Source of the DNA: Rhizophagus irregularis | Lineage: Eukaryota | Length of the DNA: 64,000 nt | Direction of reading: 5' to 3' | Assembly (NCBI RefSeq): GCF_026210795.1 | Contig: NC_089434.1 | Coordinates: 1,674,001-1,738,000 of the forward strand | Shown: positions 51,133-64,000 of the stretch, one piece after another | Layout: each line of letters starts with the position of its first letter | Position numbering within the stretch: the first letter of the stretch is position 1 | Program-made: the position numbers and the translations under genes | Notes under the pieces: model-generated | Told to the model about the DNA's origin: nothing | Database searches by the model: none | Seen by the model: only the letters and a program-made list of their open reading frames with translations

Positions 51133-54100
51133 CTAGAATATGCGATTTGCTGGGGGACTTCGTCCCCCAAATATAACATTTATAATTAAAAAAATTCTTT
51201 GATATAAATAAATTGAATTGTTACTGAATAATAAAATTTTATTATAATTAGACCCTATAAAAAATCATGTTTTAATAAAATTTATACAATTTTTTCTTAA
51301 AAATAATGTATCTAAACTATATATAAGGATACAGGAAAATGCACAATTCCATATCACAAAAATGCACCATTTGTATGATTGACCATAATTTATACTGAAT
51401 TTATATTGATTTGATCAAAGAAATTACATAATTTGAGCATAGAATTTACAAGAATTGGTCAATAAATTTACTGCTTAAATTATAATTATTAATATTAGTT
51501 GCATTTATATGAATTTAATTTTAAATAATAATATTTTATTAAATTATTAAATCGAATAGTATCATGTGATTATAATTAGCCAATAATATAAATTAATTTT
51601 TATAATTTAAAATAATGACATAAGCTGTAATAAGTGTTCTAAAGTTAATACAGCTACAAAAAAATGAAATCTTATGAAAACTAATATTCAAGTAGTTTCA
51701 ACTTGCCTGAACAATTTTCAATTAATAAATAAAGTTGATTTCATTTGCCCAAAGTGGAAATATTACACTCTAAATTAAAAAACAGAAAAGAGAGTTAATA
51801 TCATCAAGAAAAATGCAATTTTCTCTAAGCACTACATCTACATTCATGAAAATTAATATTGAAGTGGTTTCAATCTACCTGAACAACTTTCAATTAATAA
51901 ATAAAGTTAATTTCATTTGCCTAAAGTGAAGATGTTATGCTCTAAATTAAAAAACAGAAAAGAGAGTTAATATCACCAAGAAAAATGCAATTTTCTCTAA
52001 GCACTACATCTACATTCATGAAAATTAATATTCAAGTTGTTTTAACCTGCCTGAACAACTTTCAATTAATAAATAAAGTTGATTTCATTTGCCCAAAGTG
52101 GAAATATTACGCTATAAATTAAAAAACAGAAAAGAGAGTTAATATCATCAAGAAAAATGCAATTTTCTCTAAGCACTACACCTACATTCATGAAAATTAA
52201 TATTCAAGTTGTTTCAACCTGCCTGAACAACTTTCAATTAATAAATAAAGTTGATTTCATTTGTATAAAGTAAAAATATTACGCTATAAATTAAAAAACA
52301 GAAAAGAGAGTTAATATTATCAAGAAAAATGCAATTTTCTCTGAGCACTACACCTACATTCATGAAAATTAATATTCAAGTGGTTTCAACCTGCCTGAAC
52401 AACTTTCATTTAATAAATAAAGTTGATTTTATTTGCCCAAAGTGGAAATATTACGCTATAAATTAAAAAACAGAAAAGAGAGTTAATATCATCAAGAAAA
52501 ATGCAATTTTCTCTAAGCACTACACCTACATTCATGAAAATTAATATTCAAGTGGTTTCAACCTGCCTGAACAACTTTCAATTAATAAATAAAGTTGATT
52601 TCATTTGTATAAAGTAAAAATATTACGCTATAAATTAAAAAACAGAAAAGAGAGTTAATATTATCAAGAAAAATGCAATTTTCTCTGAGCACTACACCTA
52701 CATTCATGAAAATTAATATTCAAGTGGTTTCAACCTGCCTGAACAACTTTCATTTAATAAATAAAGTTGATTTCATTTGCCCAAAGTGGAAATATTACGC
52801 TATAAATTAAAAAACAGAAAAAAGAGTTAATATCATCAAGAAAAATGCAATTTTCTCTAAGCACTACACCTACATTCATGAAAATTAATATTCAAGTGGT
52901 TTCAACCTGCCTGAACAACTTTCAATTAATAAATAAAGTTGATTTCATTTGTCTAAAGTGGAAATATTACGCTCTAAATTAAAAAACAGAAAAGAGAGTT
53001 AATATCATCAAGAAAAATGCAATTTTCTTTAAGCACTACACCTACATTTATGAAAATTAATATTCAAGTTGTTTTAACCTGCCTGAACAACTTTCAATTA
53101 ATAAATAAAGTTGATTTCATTTGTCTAAAGTGGAAATATTACGCTCTAAATTAAAAAAAAACAGAAAAGAGAGTTAATATCATCAAGAAAAATGCAATTT
53201 TCTCTAAGCACTACACCTACATTCATGAAAATTAATATTCAAGTTGTTTTAACCTGCCTGAACAACTTTCAATTAATAAATAAAGTTGATTTCATTTGTC
53301 TAAAGTGGAAATATTACGCTCTAAATTAAAACACAAAAAAGAGAGTTAATATCATCAAGAAAAATGCAATTTTCTCTAAGCACTACATCTACATTCATGA
53401 AAATTAATATTCAAATGGTTTCAACCTGCCTGAACAACTTTCAATTAATAAATAAAGTTGATTTCATTTGCCCAAAGTGGAAATATTACGCTCTAAGTTA
53501 AAAAACAGAAAAGAGAGTTAATATTATCAAGAAAAATGCAAGTTTCTCTGAGCACTACACCTACATTCATGAAAATTAATATTCAAGTAGTTTCAACCTG
53601 CCTGAACAACTTTCAATTAATAAATAAAGTTGATTTCATTTGTCTAAAGTGGAAATATTACGCTCTAAATTAAAAAAAACAGAAAAGAGAGTTAATATCA
53701 TCAAGAAAAATGCAATTTTCTCTAAGCACTACTCCTACATTCATGAAAATTAATGTTCAAGTTGTTTTAACCTGCCTGAACAACTTTCAATTAATAAATA
53801 AAGTTGATTTCATTTGTCTAAAGTGGAAATATTACGCTCTAAATTAAAACACAAAAAAGAGAGTTAATATCATCAAGAAAAATACAATTTTCTCTAAGCA
53901 CTACATTTACATTCATGAAAATTAATATTCAAATGGTTTCAACCTGCCTGAACAACTTTCAATTAATAAATAAAGTTGATTTCATTTGTCTAAAGTGGAA
54001 ATATTACGCTCTAAGTTAAAAAACAGAAAACAGAATTAATATCATCAAGAAAAATGAGCACTACACCTACATTCATGAAAATTAATATTCAAGTAGTTTC

Positions 54101-55115
54101 AACCTGCCTGAACAACTTTCATTTAATAAATAAAGTTGATTTCATTTGCCCAAAGTGGAAATATTACGCTCTAAATTAAAAAACAGAAAAGAGAGTTAAT
54201 ATCATCAATAAATGCAATTTTCTCTAAGCACTATACCTATATTCATGAAAATTAATATTCAAGTGGTTTCAACATGCCTGAACAACTTTTAATTAATAAA
54301 TGAAGTTGATTTCATTTGGCCAAAGTGGAGATTATAGTATATTTGGAAAAAGAAGTTTAATTTAAAAAAATTTTATATAAAAAATAAATGTAATATAAAA
54401 ATTAAGAACTGAGATGATAAAAATTTGAAAATGACCTGACATGAATTTTGAATTAATTCTTTCATTAATTATAAATTCAAGTAGTTTAAAAATAAAAATA
54501 GTAAGAAAAAATATTTTTTATGAAATATCACATTATTTTCTAAAAGAAATACACTTAAATACACTTATAAATTTAATTTGTGATTATGTAATATCCAAAT
54601 ATTTAATCTCACAAATAGAAAAAAATGTAAAAAAATTTATAAAAAAAGAAAAATTTTTGAAAAAAATTTTCATCTAACACTTTTTTATTTTGATTATCAC
54701 AAGATCTACATGATCATCTACACGTTTCAATTTTTTTAACGAAAAAGAAATATATTTGAATCTATTTTTATTGAAAATCAATAAAGATCAACAAAATCAA
54801 ATACAAATATAAAACTTATTGTTTGATGCCTCAAGTTAATATGTAGCGAAAGTGGCACAAAAATGAATATTTTGTAATTTTATTCTAATGATATCAAAGA
54901 AGCAATATTGCAATAACAACGTCTATAGCTATATAGCTATTGCAATATATATAGCTATATAAAATTGAATCAAAAAAGTTCACATTGAGCATTTCCGAAA
55001 TTATGAAAAAATGCATGTAGATCGTATGACAAATTACAAATTAAGCGAAAAAGTGAATAAATTTGGAAGATGATCGTCAGAAATTTATCATCCAAAAGCA
55101 TACTATCGCTAAAAA
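51133..55115 (-). mobile_element. Non-autonomous Helitron with internal satellite array, copy B
   Basis: CTAG at 51133-51136 and an 8-bp-stem hairpin tgggggac-ttc-gtccccca at 51151-51169. Homology to copy A starts a few bases before the CTAG and runs through both array flanks. Confidence 0.8.
51674..54337. repeat. Satellite array, ~15.5 x ~172 bp
   Basis: Unit starts at 51674, 51846, 52018, 52190, 52362, 52534, 52706, 52878, 53050 and onward to 54245. Confidence 0.97.
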
Positions 55116-57109
55116 GCCAATAAAAAAAAAAATTTTTTTTTAAAAAAAAATTTTTTTTTAAAAAAAATTAAAGGCAGGTACCCGATATGTAAAATGGCGG
55201 GTACCCGATATGTGAAACGGCGGGTACCCGATATGTGAAGCAGCAGGTACCCGATATGTGAAGCGGCGGGTACCTGATATGTAGAACGGCGGGTACCTGA
55301 TATTTGAAACGGCAGGTATTCGATCCCTTAATAATTTAAAATTTGGTCCAAAATAAATTAATAAACCGTTATAATATAAAGCGCATACGCGTTAAATTAT
55401 GTAGCGTATACACGTTGCTTTTTATGGCGGGTTACCCCTGAAATTGACAGGTTAACCCAACAGAACAGGGGTAACCCACCGTGAAATATAACGTGTATAC
55501 GCTATGTTTTGTAGCATGTACACGCTATGTTTTGCTACGCACTTTTGACCACTACCACTTGCCATACTGATCGCATCGTACCGTGAGATCAGATGGATGT
55601 GTTTTAAATTGTTTTTATTTTTTTCAAGTCCTTTCGCTATAATTTTGTAAAGTGCTCTATTTCCTAATTATTATTTTTTCTTACTATTTTATTGCATAGT
55701 TGAAAAAGTTTTTAATACTAAAACACATATTTGAACCATTTTTATTGTAAACTTAGGATGAATAACTTTCAATAAGTTTTGCGCGTTGCGCTTGTTGATA
55801 GTTTAAATATATTTAATTATAGAAGCTTGCATAGAAAACATGGTGTCTAAAGTTGTCTTTTAAAGCATAACTTTTTTTATTACCTTTTATAAAAAAGAAT
55901 TGCGATAAATGGTATGCAAACGCAAACAAATCAGACCAATAAAATCTGATCTTACGTGATGTTATTTTTGCCTTTAAAAATTTCCAATCAAAATAAATGT
56001 ATAACCATGATATTTTATCTATAATAAATCAAGCGACACATCACAGTCATCGCACGTTTCAAATTATTTATATGGAGGTAATCTAAATATCACTGAATTT
56101 TAGTTATATAGATATAAGGTATTAAATGTGAAGGTTGTTAGACTGAGTGTAAAGTTATTTGTTGCTGAAAAAAAAAATTCAACTGTAATGTAAATCAAAT
56201 TCGTAGTTATTCTTCTTTTATAGTAACTTTCTGTTTTGAATTTCTCTTTCCTGATAAAAAGAAAAGTAAAAGGTGGGTTCTTGAATTTTCAATCTATTCT
56301 ATTTTGTGAAATATTAATTTTAAATCATTTCTGAAAAGAATTTTACCTAATCTAAAAAATCTTTAGCTAGACGTTCAATTTTTAATGAAACTCAATTAAT
56401 CTTGGAATATTTATAAATGGATTGAATATATTAAAATGTGTCCGTACTATAAATATTTACACTTATTGGATTCATTTCAATTTTTGAATTAATTAAAGCT
56501 TTCATTTAAAATTACCGAATGAAATAGAAATATTTATAATACATAATATAAATTATAAATTACTATATTTAAAATAGAAATAATTAATTTATTTAATATA
56601 TACAAGGTAACCAAATAATTTGATGAATTAAATCAAAAACGAAATCTAAATTTAATTAAATTAAAAATGGTAATCAATTTTTGATTTTTTCTACATTGTC
56701 AGATATGGTATGATATCAAAAGAGTGCATCAAAAAGATTGAAATTTTACATGAAGATCAGAGGACAAATGAATAAATAAGACGGAAGTCAATGCAGGATT
56801 AAAATTAGATTGTTACGAATCGTTGAATCATATGATGTTGGCCTACAATTACGATATTCATGTGCCAAAAAAAAAGTATCATATTATTTTACTTTGTTAA
56901 CTTGATCAAATAAATTGATCTAATGATTTTTATTTTTTTTTCTCACAATTTAACAAATTTTTTTTTTTACAAAGATGTTTGGTATGCTATTGAGACATAC
57001 GATTATAACTCATGAAAATTATCAACTAAAACCTTAAACCAGTGGTGTGTATTTTAAATTATAATTATACTAATAATTTTTGATTATTTTATTGAATTTT
57101 CTCTCTGTA

Positions 57110-57482
57110 GTTCTGAAATCTTTAAAAAATAAAGCCTAAGGAATAAGAATAAACTAAAGAGTGAAATCTTTGATGTTAAGAATGACGTTGTTCGAAACAA
57201 AATAAAAATGTTCGTGAATTAAAAAATGAAATTGGAAATGTTCGTAACAATATTAACAAACTAAAAAATGAAATTTCTGGCATTGAGAAGAGTATTCAGA
57301 GTTAAATTGGAGATATCAAAAATATTTGCAGTGAGGTCCAGAATTTTTGCAGTGAGATTCGTGGTGAGATTAAGAATGTTCGCAGTGAGATTCGTGATGA
57401 GTTTTCTATGTTCATGAAAGTATTCAAAACAAAATGGCCAATCAGAAACTTCAAGTGTTTATATATTTCATGGGTGCAACAG
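57110..57482 (+). pseudogene. Decayed exon encoding heptad/coiled-coil repeats
   Basis: Fragments LKSEIFDVKND, LKNEIGNVRNNINKLKNEISG and EIKNVRSEIRDE occur in shifting frames, flanked by AG/GT. Confidence 0.4.
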
Positions 57483-58379
57483 GTATTTATTTAAAATTAT
57501 ATTTCTTTTATTTTAGTATTTAAATTAGTAACTTATTGAATTTTATAACCAGGTATCAGTAGTTTCAATGAGTAAGATTTGCCATATTACAAAAAAATAT
57601 TATCAATTAACATATATTTCTTTTACAGTTTATCACATGAAGGCATCAGATAATGTTAATTTGAAAAAATTAAATCTTCCTTATATTACAAAAAGATATT
57701 ATCAATTAACATATATTTATTATACAGTTTATCATAATACGACGATTTACTGAAAAGATAACAGTATAATCAATTGAATATCTCAAATGTATTACACTAT
57801 TACTAAATAAAAAATAAAAAATTTATTCATAGAAAAATATGTATAATTTAAGCAACTCGAAGTACTCACTCTTTTTCATAAACTCTGTAAGGAACTGGTC
57901 AATAATCATTTTCATCATTTTCAATATCATGTATGAATTCAATTATTGTATCTTTTGGCCCTTTGTGGGCTCATTCTTTTATTTCATCATAAAATTTTTT
58001 GCAATCAAATTGATTGCTGAAATGTATGTATCCAATTCTAATAAAAATGTAAACAAAATGTTAGTAAAAAATAATAATAATAATTTGTCTAAAAGTGTTC
58101 CACATACTGATTGTATCTTCTTTTAACAATATGAACAAAGTTTAACGTCATCATTTTTTATAACCATTTGTCAATCTCCACATAGGTTAAGCCTCTCTTA
58201 TTGCAATCAAATTTGATTGTACGCTCTAACTTGTTACAACACGATAAATGTTCGTATATTGGTAAGTCTAAATCTGCAAAAAAAAAAAAATGATGATAAT
58301 CAATAATGATCCAATTTAAATCAAGAAAAATCAACCAATGAGATTCTTAATAGAATTAGATCAAAATGGGTAAGATTTT

Positions 58380-58800
58380 CATGCAGGTGCATTGGTTTCT
58401 TTGAATGATGAAGGAGATACATGATTGATTCCTCCTTCAGATCAGTAGACCTTCTCAAAGAGACCATAATTATGAGAATGGCCACTTCCTACTATTACAG
58501 TTGCTATGAAAGAGCTATTTTCACAACTTTTACACCTTTACATTACATTCTTACAATTTTTTACACTACATTCTTACAACTCTTTACATTACATCCTTAC
58601 AATTTTTTACATTCTCGCCATGCAGGTGTATTGGTTTCTCTGAATGATGAAGGAGATATATAACCAGTTCCTCCTCCGGAATCAGTAGACCTTCTCAAAG
58701 AGACCATAATTATGAGAACGGTCTCTTCCTACTATTACAGTTGCTACGAAAGAGCCACTTTCACAACTTTTACACCTTTACATTACATTCTTACAATTCT
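58380..58800. repeat. ~240-bp tandem duplication within a decayed minus-strand Cys-rich gene
   Basis: catgcaggtg..gaccttctcaaagagaccataattatgag..ttacattcttacaatt at 58380 and 58619. Minus strand reads CKSCESGSFVATVIVGRDRSHNYGLFEKVY with stops. Confidence 0.75.
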
Positions 58801-61058
58801 TTACATTCTTGCTTAGTCTTACAACTATTACATTTTTTTTCTTACAACTATTTACATTCTTTACATTCTTGCCTACATTCTTACAACTATTACATTTTAC
58901 AGATATACATTTTATAATTATTACATAAATTATTTTTGCATGTATACTTACTGTTATCCATTTTAAAAAGCTACGAGAATGAAGAGACTGAGAGTGAGTG
59001 GAGTAAGTGAAAAGATTTGATATTTATATTTATCATGAACTGATTTTGTTATTATGCGCGTGATTAATACTAATTTTACTGATTTAAACTTTTTGTTATT
59101 ATACGCGTGATTTTACTGATTTAAACTATTTGTACTTATACGCGTAATTAATTCTAGGATACTATAATCATGTCTTTATATCAGAATTAAGTCCGATCAA
59201 TTTTAGGATACTCTGAACCTTTTTGATTGTTATTTCATGTCTTAATATCAGAATTTTAAGTCTGAAAACTTAATTTTATATTCTAGAAGATGGAAAAACT
59301 TAAGTTAAAGAATGCGAACATTACAAAAAAAAGTAAAAATGTCATGAACACAGATTGTTATGCTGTCAAGCTAAAAAACATGGTTTTCAAAGTTTATTTC
59401 AAAATGGTGAATCACTGATTATGTAAACAATGAAGAAACTTTGCTTTTGAAGAACAACTCTTTTTACCGATGAAAATGGTATTTAGTCATATGATTAATA
59501 ATCGTTATTTGTAATCGTTGATGGAAACTGAGATTAGGGTAAATGACACCTAATAATTAATTATTTATTCGCATGAGGCTCTATTCTGATACCTTTGAAT
59601 TAGTCCTGGTATAAAAATGTTTTTTTGAACATTTTAAACTAGAAAAATTTTGAATCATATACTGAAACAAATCAGAATCTACAATAACATCTTTAATTTC
59701 TAATTGTGATTTGTTCTCTGGATTCCTTTGGAATCATTTCCTTTTAGGAAACAAAGAAAACGCATGTAGAAAATTAGGAATCCAAGTTTTACAAAGTTTA
59801 AGGGACAATAATCTAAGTGGAAAAAATTTTATAATCAAGATCAGTAACAAATAGTTCTGATTTTTTCCCGTGATCATTTTTTGTGACTTTAAAAAAGTCA
59901 TTCTTTTATTTCCTAAAAGGAAAAAGTTCAAAAAACAAACATAAGAAAATAACTATGTTCGGATGCATAGTTATTTGCAGAGATGACTTGAGTTATCAGT
60001 AGCTGTTCCTTCAAACAAGTTCGGACACAACTAGCTATTTCTATTGATATTCTCATTAACTAAACCTCTTCAAAATCCTACGATTAGTTTCATCAAAATT
60101 TTACTATAGATTTATTATAGTTTCAGCAGAGTTTCGGCAGTTTCGGCATTTATAATAAGTTTCGGCAGTTTCGCCATTCTCCAAAGTTTCGCCAGTTTTT
60201 TAATATAACTTTAATATAGTTTCGGCAGAATTTCGCTTTTCGGCGAAACGCCATCTTGCCTAAACCCCTAGGTTTCGGCAAGCAACCTTAATTCTCATTA
60301 ATCTGTCTCCTTTAAAGTAGAAGATAGTCTCACTATGTGCTACTATCCGGAAATGCCCAATTTTACTGGAATAATGATTCCCCGTTTGCATGTAATAGAT
60401 CTTGTTATATTAGTTTTTTTATCTGACAAAAAATTAATACAATTAAAAAAAGATAAATCCTTAGTATGAGATCAAGCTGCGCAGCGTGTGATTTTTCATG
60501 CATTTGATGATTCTTATCATATATGTTTTGTCTGGTCGCTCAAAGATGAGGTTCACCACATCGGACTTGAGGAACTCAAGGCAGTCTAACTAGTCGAATT
60601 AGATAGGTATATCCCGCCTAGTTATTACTGTAAGGATCGGACAATTTCAAGATCATCAGATATTCGAGACTAGTTAGTTATTCGCTTTTTAGTCATACAT
60701 TTTAGTTACGCATTTTCATTACACATTTTTCATTATACTTTTGTTGCTCAAAAAATCATAATTTGGTTAGTACTATAACTGTTATACTGGTCACTTACAG
60801 TTTAGTATTGCTAAGTTATGGTCAGCTTCTTGGCAAAGGCGCTTTGTTAAGAAGCTAATACGTATTATTGTAGAGTATAATAAATAGATTTATACCTAGG
60901 TATTTTTTTTGTGCTTTTCGGTTGGTTGAATTTTTTTTTTGTTTCCTGTATTACACGACAGAATTATAGTCTAGGATCATCATTTAGCCGAAAACAAGAT
61001 ATTGTTATTATATGACAGTTATGATCAATGTTTTCACGTCGACAACCTTAATTATGAT

Positions 61059-61596
61059 TAGGGATGGCAACAGTCGGTTATGGTCGGTCATCGGTCGGTC
61101 ATGACCGGTCAAGAACCTTTGACCGACCGACCGACTGTTTGACCGACCGTTTGACCGATCATTTTTTTTATATTTTCGCAGTGTTTTTATTAAGGCAATT
61201 GAAAAAACGTGCGAAAACATTTATTTTTTATTAAATTATTAATAAAAAAACGTGCGAAAACGTTTATTTTTTATTAAATTATCAATAAAAAAATGTTTTC
61301 GCAACGTTTCTATTAAAATAATTAAAAAAAACGTTGCAAAAACGTTTTATTTTAATTATATTATTAATAAAAACGTTTTCGCAACGTTTTTTGTTAAAAT
61401 AATTAAAAACGTTTGCGAAAAACATTTTTTTTTAATTAAATTATTAATAAAAAACGTTTTCATGACGTTTTTTATTAAATTTTTCATAAAAAAATTTGGT
61501 CAGTCAAACGGTCGGTCAGAAGTCTTGACCGACCAATATCGGTCACGGTCATGACCGGTCATAATCGGTTAATGACCGTGACCGTTGCCATCCCTA
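61059..61596. mobile_element. hAT-family MITE
   Basis: TIR tagggatggcaac / gttgccatcccta. Perfect 8-bp TSD attatgat at 61051-61058 and 61597-61604. Subterminal cggtc/gaccg repeats and internal aaaacgttttcgca repeats. Confidence 0.92.
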
Positions 61597-62699
61597 ATTA
61601 TGATGAATAAGTATACGTTAATAAATAACCATATGAGAGATAACATTTCTATCAAAAAAGAAAATGGAAGTGAGCAAGGCTTTAATTTTATTAGAACATT
61701 AGGAACTTCCGATACTGGTCCTTTGTACTTTTGCAGATAACTAGGGAATAACTTTTTCGTTCGTTCTATGTTTTCTCATTATTGTGAAAGCTCTTCTACT
61801 GCCTATAAACATGAATCCAATCTCAATCAATGAGATCATCCCGCATGCTGAAAATAATAATATGTCATAATTTAGAAACAGAGCTATAGATACGTAATGA
61901 TCTGGAACTGTGTTTCGGAAAATAGTTTTGCCGTTAGTTAACTAATAACTAAAATGCATGTGCTATCTTGTCATCTGACACTCTGAAAAATGCTTAGAGT
62001 GTCATGTGTCATCTGGCGAATCAGAGACATGCTTACAAAGAAAGTTAAGATATACAGTGGTGATCAAAATTATTTGATAACGAGGCGCATTATTGTTGAT
62101 CATTTCCAAAAGGTGGTTCTCTCTGATATTACAAATGGCATAGCTCCACCCGATTGCTGTATTTACGTTATATCACACTGTGCTTGCATAAATTTGTAAG
62201 TCTCTTACTTTCCATATGTCTATCAAAAAATATTACACATGTCCACATTGTTTCATAGTAGATAGCGATTTATTTTTTCCGAAGTTATCAGGTCCAATGA
62301 CAGTAACACAAGATATATAATACTTTGATTAGTAGAAAGAACAAAATACAGTACTTTCTTAGGCTATGAGATAACATGTCTAAATGAAGAAATTCGGTCT
62401 AAATAACGTATATTACATGGTTAATGATCAATACATATTAAATAGATATAAACGCAAAAAGGACATAGGTTATGCCTACGAAGTAAATTTTAATATTTTT
62501 ATTGACAAGAAATAGAATAACTAATAAAACAAAATAAATGAGAAGCAGGTTGTTTTAAGGGAGGAAACACTCGAGCCCTAACCCATAAAACGAGAGTTCC
62601 TTCCCCACTACTCATTATTTCGTACCCACACACTAATCTTATCTAATGTTTTACACTAGAAACCTAGGTTTCTAGAACTTCCTCTGCAAAGGTTTTAGG

Positions 62700-63050
62700 A
62701 AATGTGTTCCTAATACTATGAGAGTTATTCTTATGATAAAAATTTTTCACAGTTTGTGCGCAAATCTTTCCTATGCCATAATCACTAATTTCAATTGCTA
62801 TTCTATTGCATACTTCATCCAAAGTTAATTTTTTTTCGGACATAATTCTATCGGTAATGCGTTTAAAACGAGTCCAAATGTTGCACGAAATACCTTCGGA
62901 TGATGCATTGGACGAAGAGTTGACGGATGAGTTAATTGATTCTGTCTCATTTTGCCCTTGGGCGGTCTCCGACTGATTAACTCTTTGCACTTCCTCATGT
63001 CTTCTTTTTTCTTCATAGAGAATAATCATGTATTTTATGTAACTATACAT
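62700..63050 (-). pseudogene. Fragment of a hypothetical protein with a possible HTH-like segment
   Basis: ORF has protein-like composition (IWTRFKRITDRIMSEKKLTLDEVCNRIAIEIS..ICAQTVKNFY). No complete gene model can be built. Confidence 0.35.
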
Positions 63051-64000
63051 TTTACAGCTATTATTGTCTCAACTATAAATGATTTTAATGTAACAATGAG
63101 TATTTGCTATAAATAAATATAATTATTTTCGTTGCTTGTTAATATTGACAGTATCCGACATTGAATAAATATTGCAAAAGTATATTCCACATTGCTTCTA
63201 CCGGCCAACCATGATCCTTTCATCATTTGTGCTACAAAATAAAGTTTGATATTTTTTATTTTTTTCACAATATTTTTTCCACATGTATCACAAAAGATAA
63301 TATATAACTATTTCAACAGGATTAATTTATACGCTCATCTTTCATTTAAATATTTTATTTTATATATTGAAATTTACTACAACTTATATTAGGGGAAACA
63401 ACAAAAAAAAAATTGCAATAAAAAATGAATAAAAAAAAAATAGTAGCAAATTATAACTAGAGAATGAGACTTATGGGAGGAGTCCGGAGCGTGATCAGGG
63501 GTCCTTTCACTCATTTGTATAACATTTACTTGTTTGTTTGACGTCAATATGATGTCCCAATCAGAAATGACACGACGTGCACAAACGGAACTAACCGAAA
63601 AATAAAAAAAAATGCTAATAATTTTTCGGTTTTGAACTGAAAAACAACAATAGAAAAAAGTTTACAAAAAATAGGTATTGAGCTAAAAAACTAAAATAAA
63701 AAAAAATTAAAATTTTTTCTTCGATTTAAAAAAAAAAGAACCAAAAAATAAGAATATTAAAATAAGTATTATAGTTATAATAATTATTTGAAACAAATTA
63801 TTTGTCTAATTAAAAATTTTATTAATTTTTAGTTTAAATAAAAATAATTTATTTATTCTAACTGAATAAAATCACACAAATTACACGAATTATTTATTTC
63901 GATCTTGATCATCGATCCAAACCTAAAAGGCAAAAAAAAAAAATTTTGGTAAAAATAAAAATAAAAATACAATATCAAAATCCAGTTAAAAATTATTAAC

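Larger units (their letters stand above)
49202..55554. mobile_element. TIR-bounded composite element (hAT-like TAGTGG end) with 23-bp subterminal arrays, enclosing Helitron copy B
   Basis: tggtcaaaagtgcgtagcaaaacatagcgtgta (49204) is inverted at 55519-55551, and inverted similarity extends about 150 bp. Arrays aaacggcgggtacccg(ttataag|atatgtg) lie at 49373-49560 and 55172-55325. No TSD found. Confidence 0.7.

Noticed and set aside
44964..54337. Regular arrays as CRISPR
   Set aside because: Units are wholly repeated ~172-bp monomers with no unique spacers. The context is eukaryotic and there are no cas genes.
60120..60282. gtttcggca repeat cluster as a MITE
   Set aside because: Subterminal-like repeats are present, but matching termini and a TSD could not be identified.
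61252..61554. Short ORFs in AT-rich repeats (23442, 33089, 33162, 54441, 61008, 61252)
   Set aside because: They lie within MITE, Helitron or tandem-repeat sequence and give low-complexity translations.

Overview
Very AT-rich, intron-rich eukaryotic DNA. The gene families present suggest an arbuscular mycorrhizal fungus (Glomeromycotina, Rhizophagus-like); this is inference, not a database match. The left 40 kb holds a tandem cluster of multi-exon tyrosine-kinase-like (TKL) kinase genes: five full-length copies (one inverted) and two 5' stubs. It also holds an HSPA12/Hsp70-like pseudogene, a Crinkler-type NTPase-nuclease-HhH gene and many small DNA-transposon derivatives (hAT and Harbinger types, other MITEs). 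The most striking item is a young 2.3-kb polyA retro-element with a perfect 16-bp target-site duplication (TSD) in a kinase intron. It encodes one intact 631-aa ORF1-like RRM/coiled-coil/RGG protein, has no reverse transcriptase and has a structured 3' UTR. The right 24 kb is gene-poor and repeat-rich. It contains two copies of a non-autonomous Helitron, each carrying a ~172-175-bp satellite array (about 7.5 and 15.5 units); one copy is nested in a 6.3-kb element bounded by terminal inverted repeats (TIRs). Exon and element boundaries were read by eye and may be off by a few bases.
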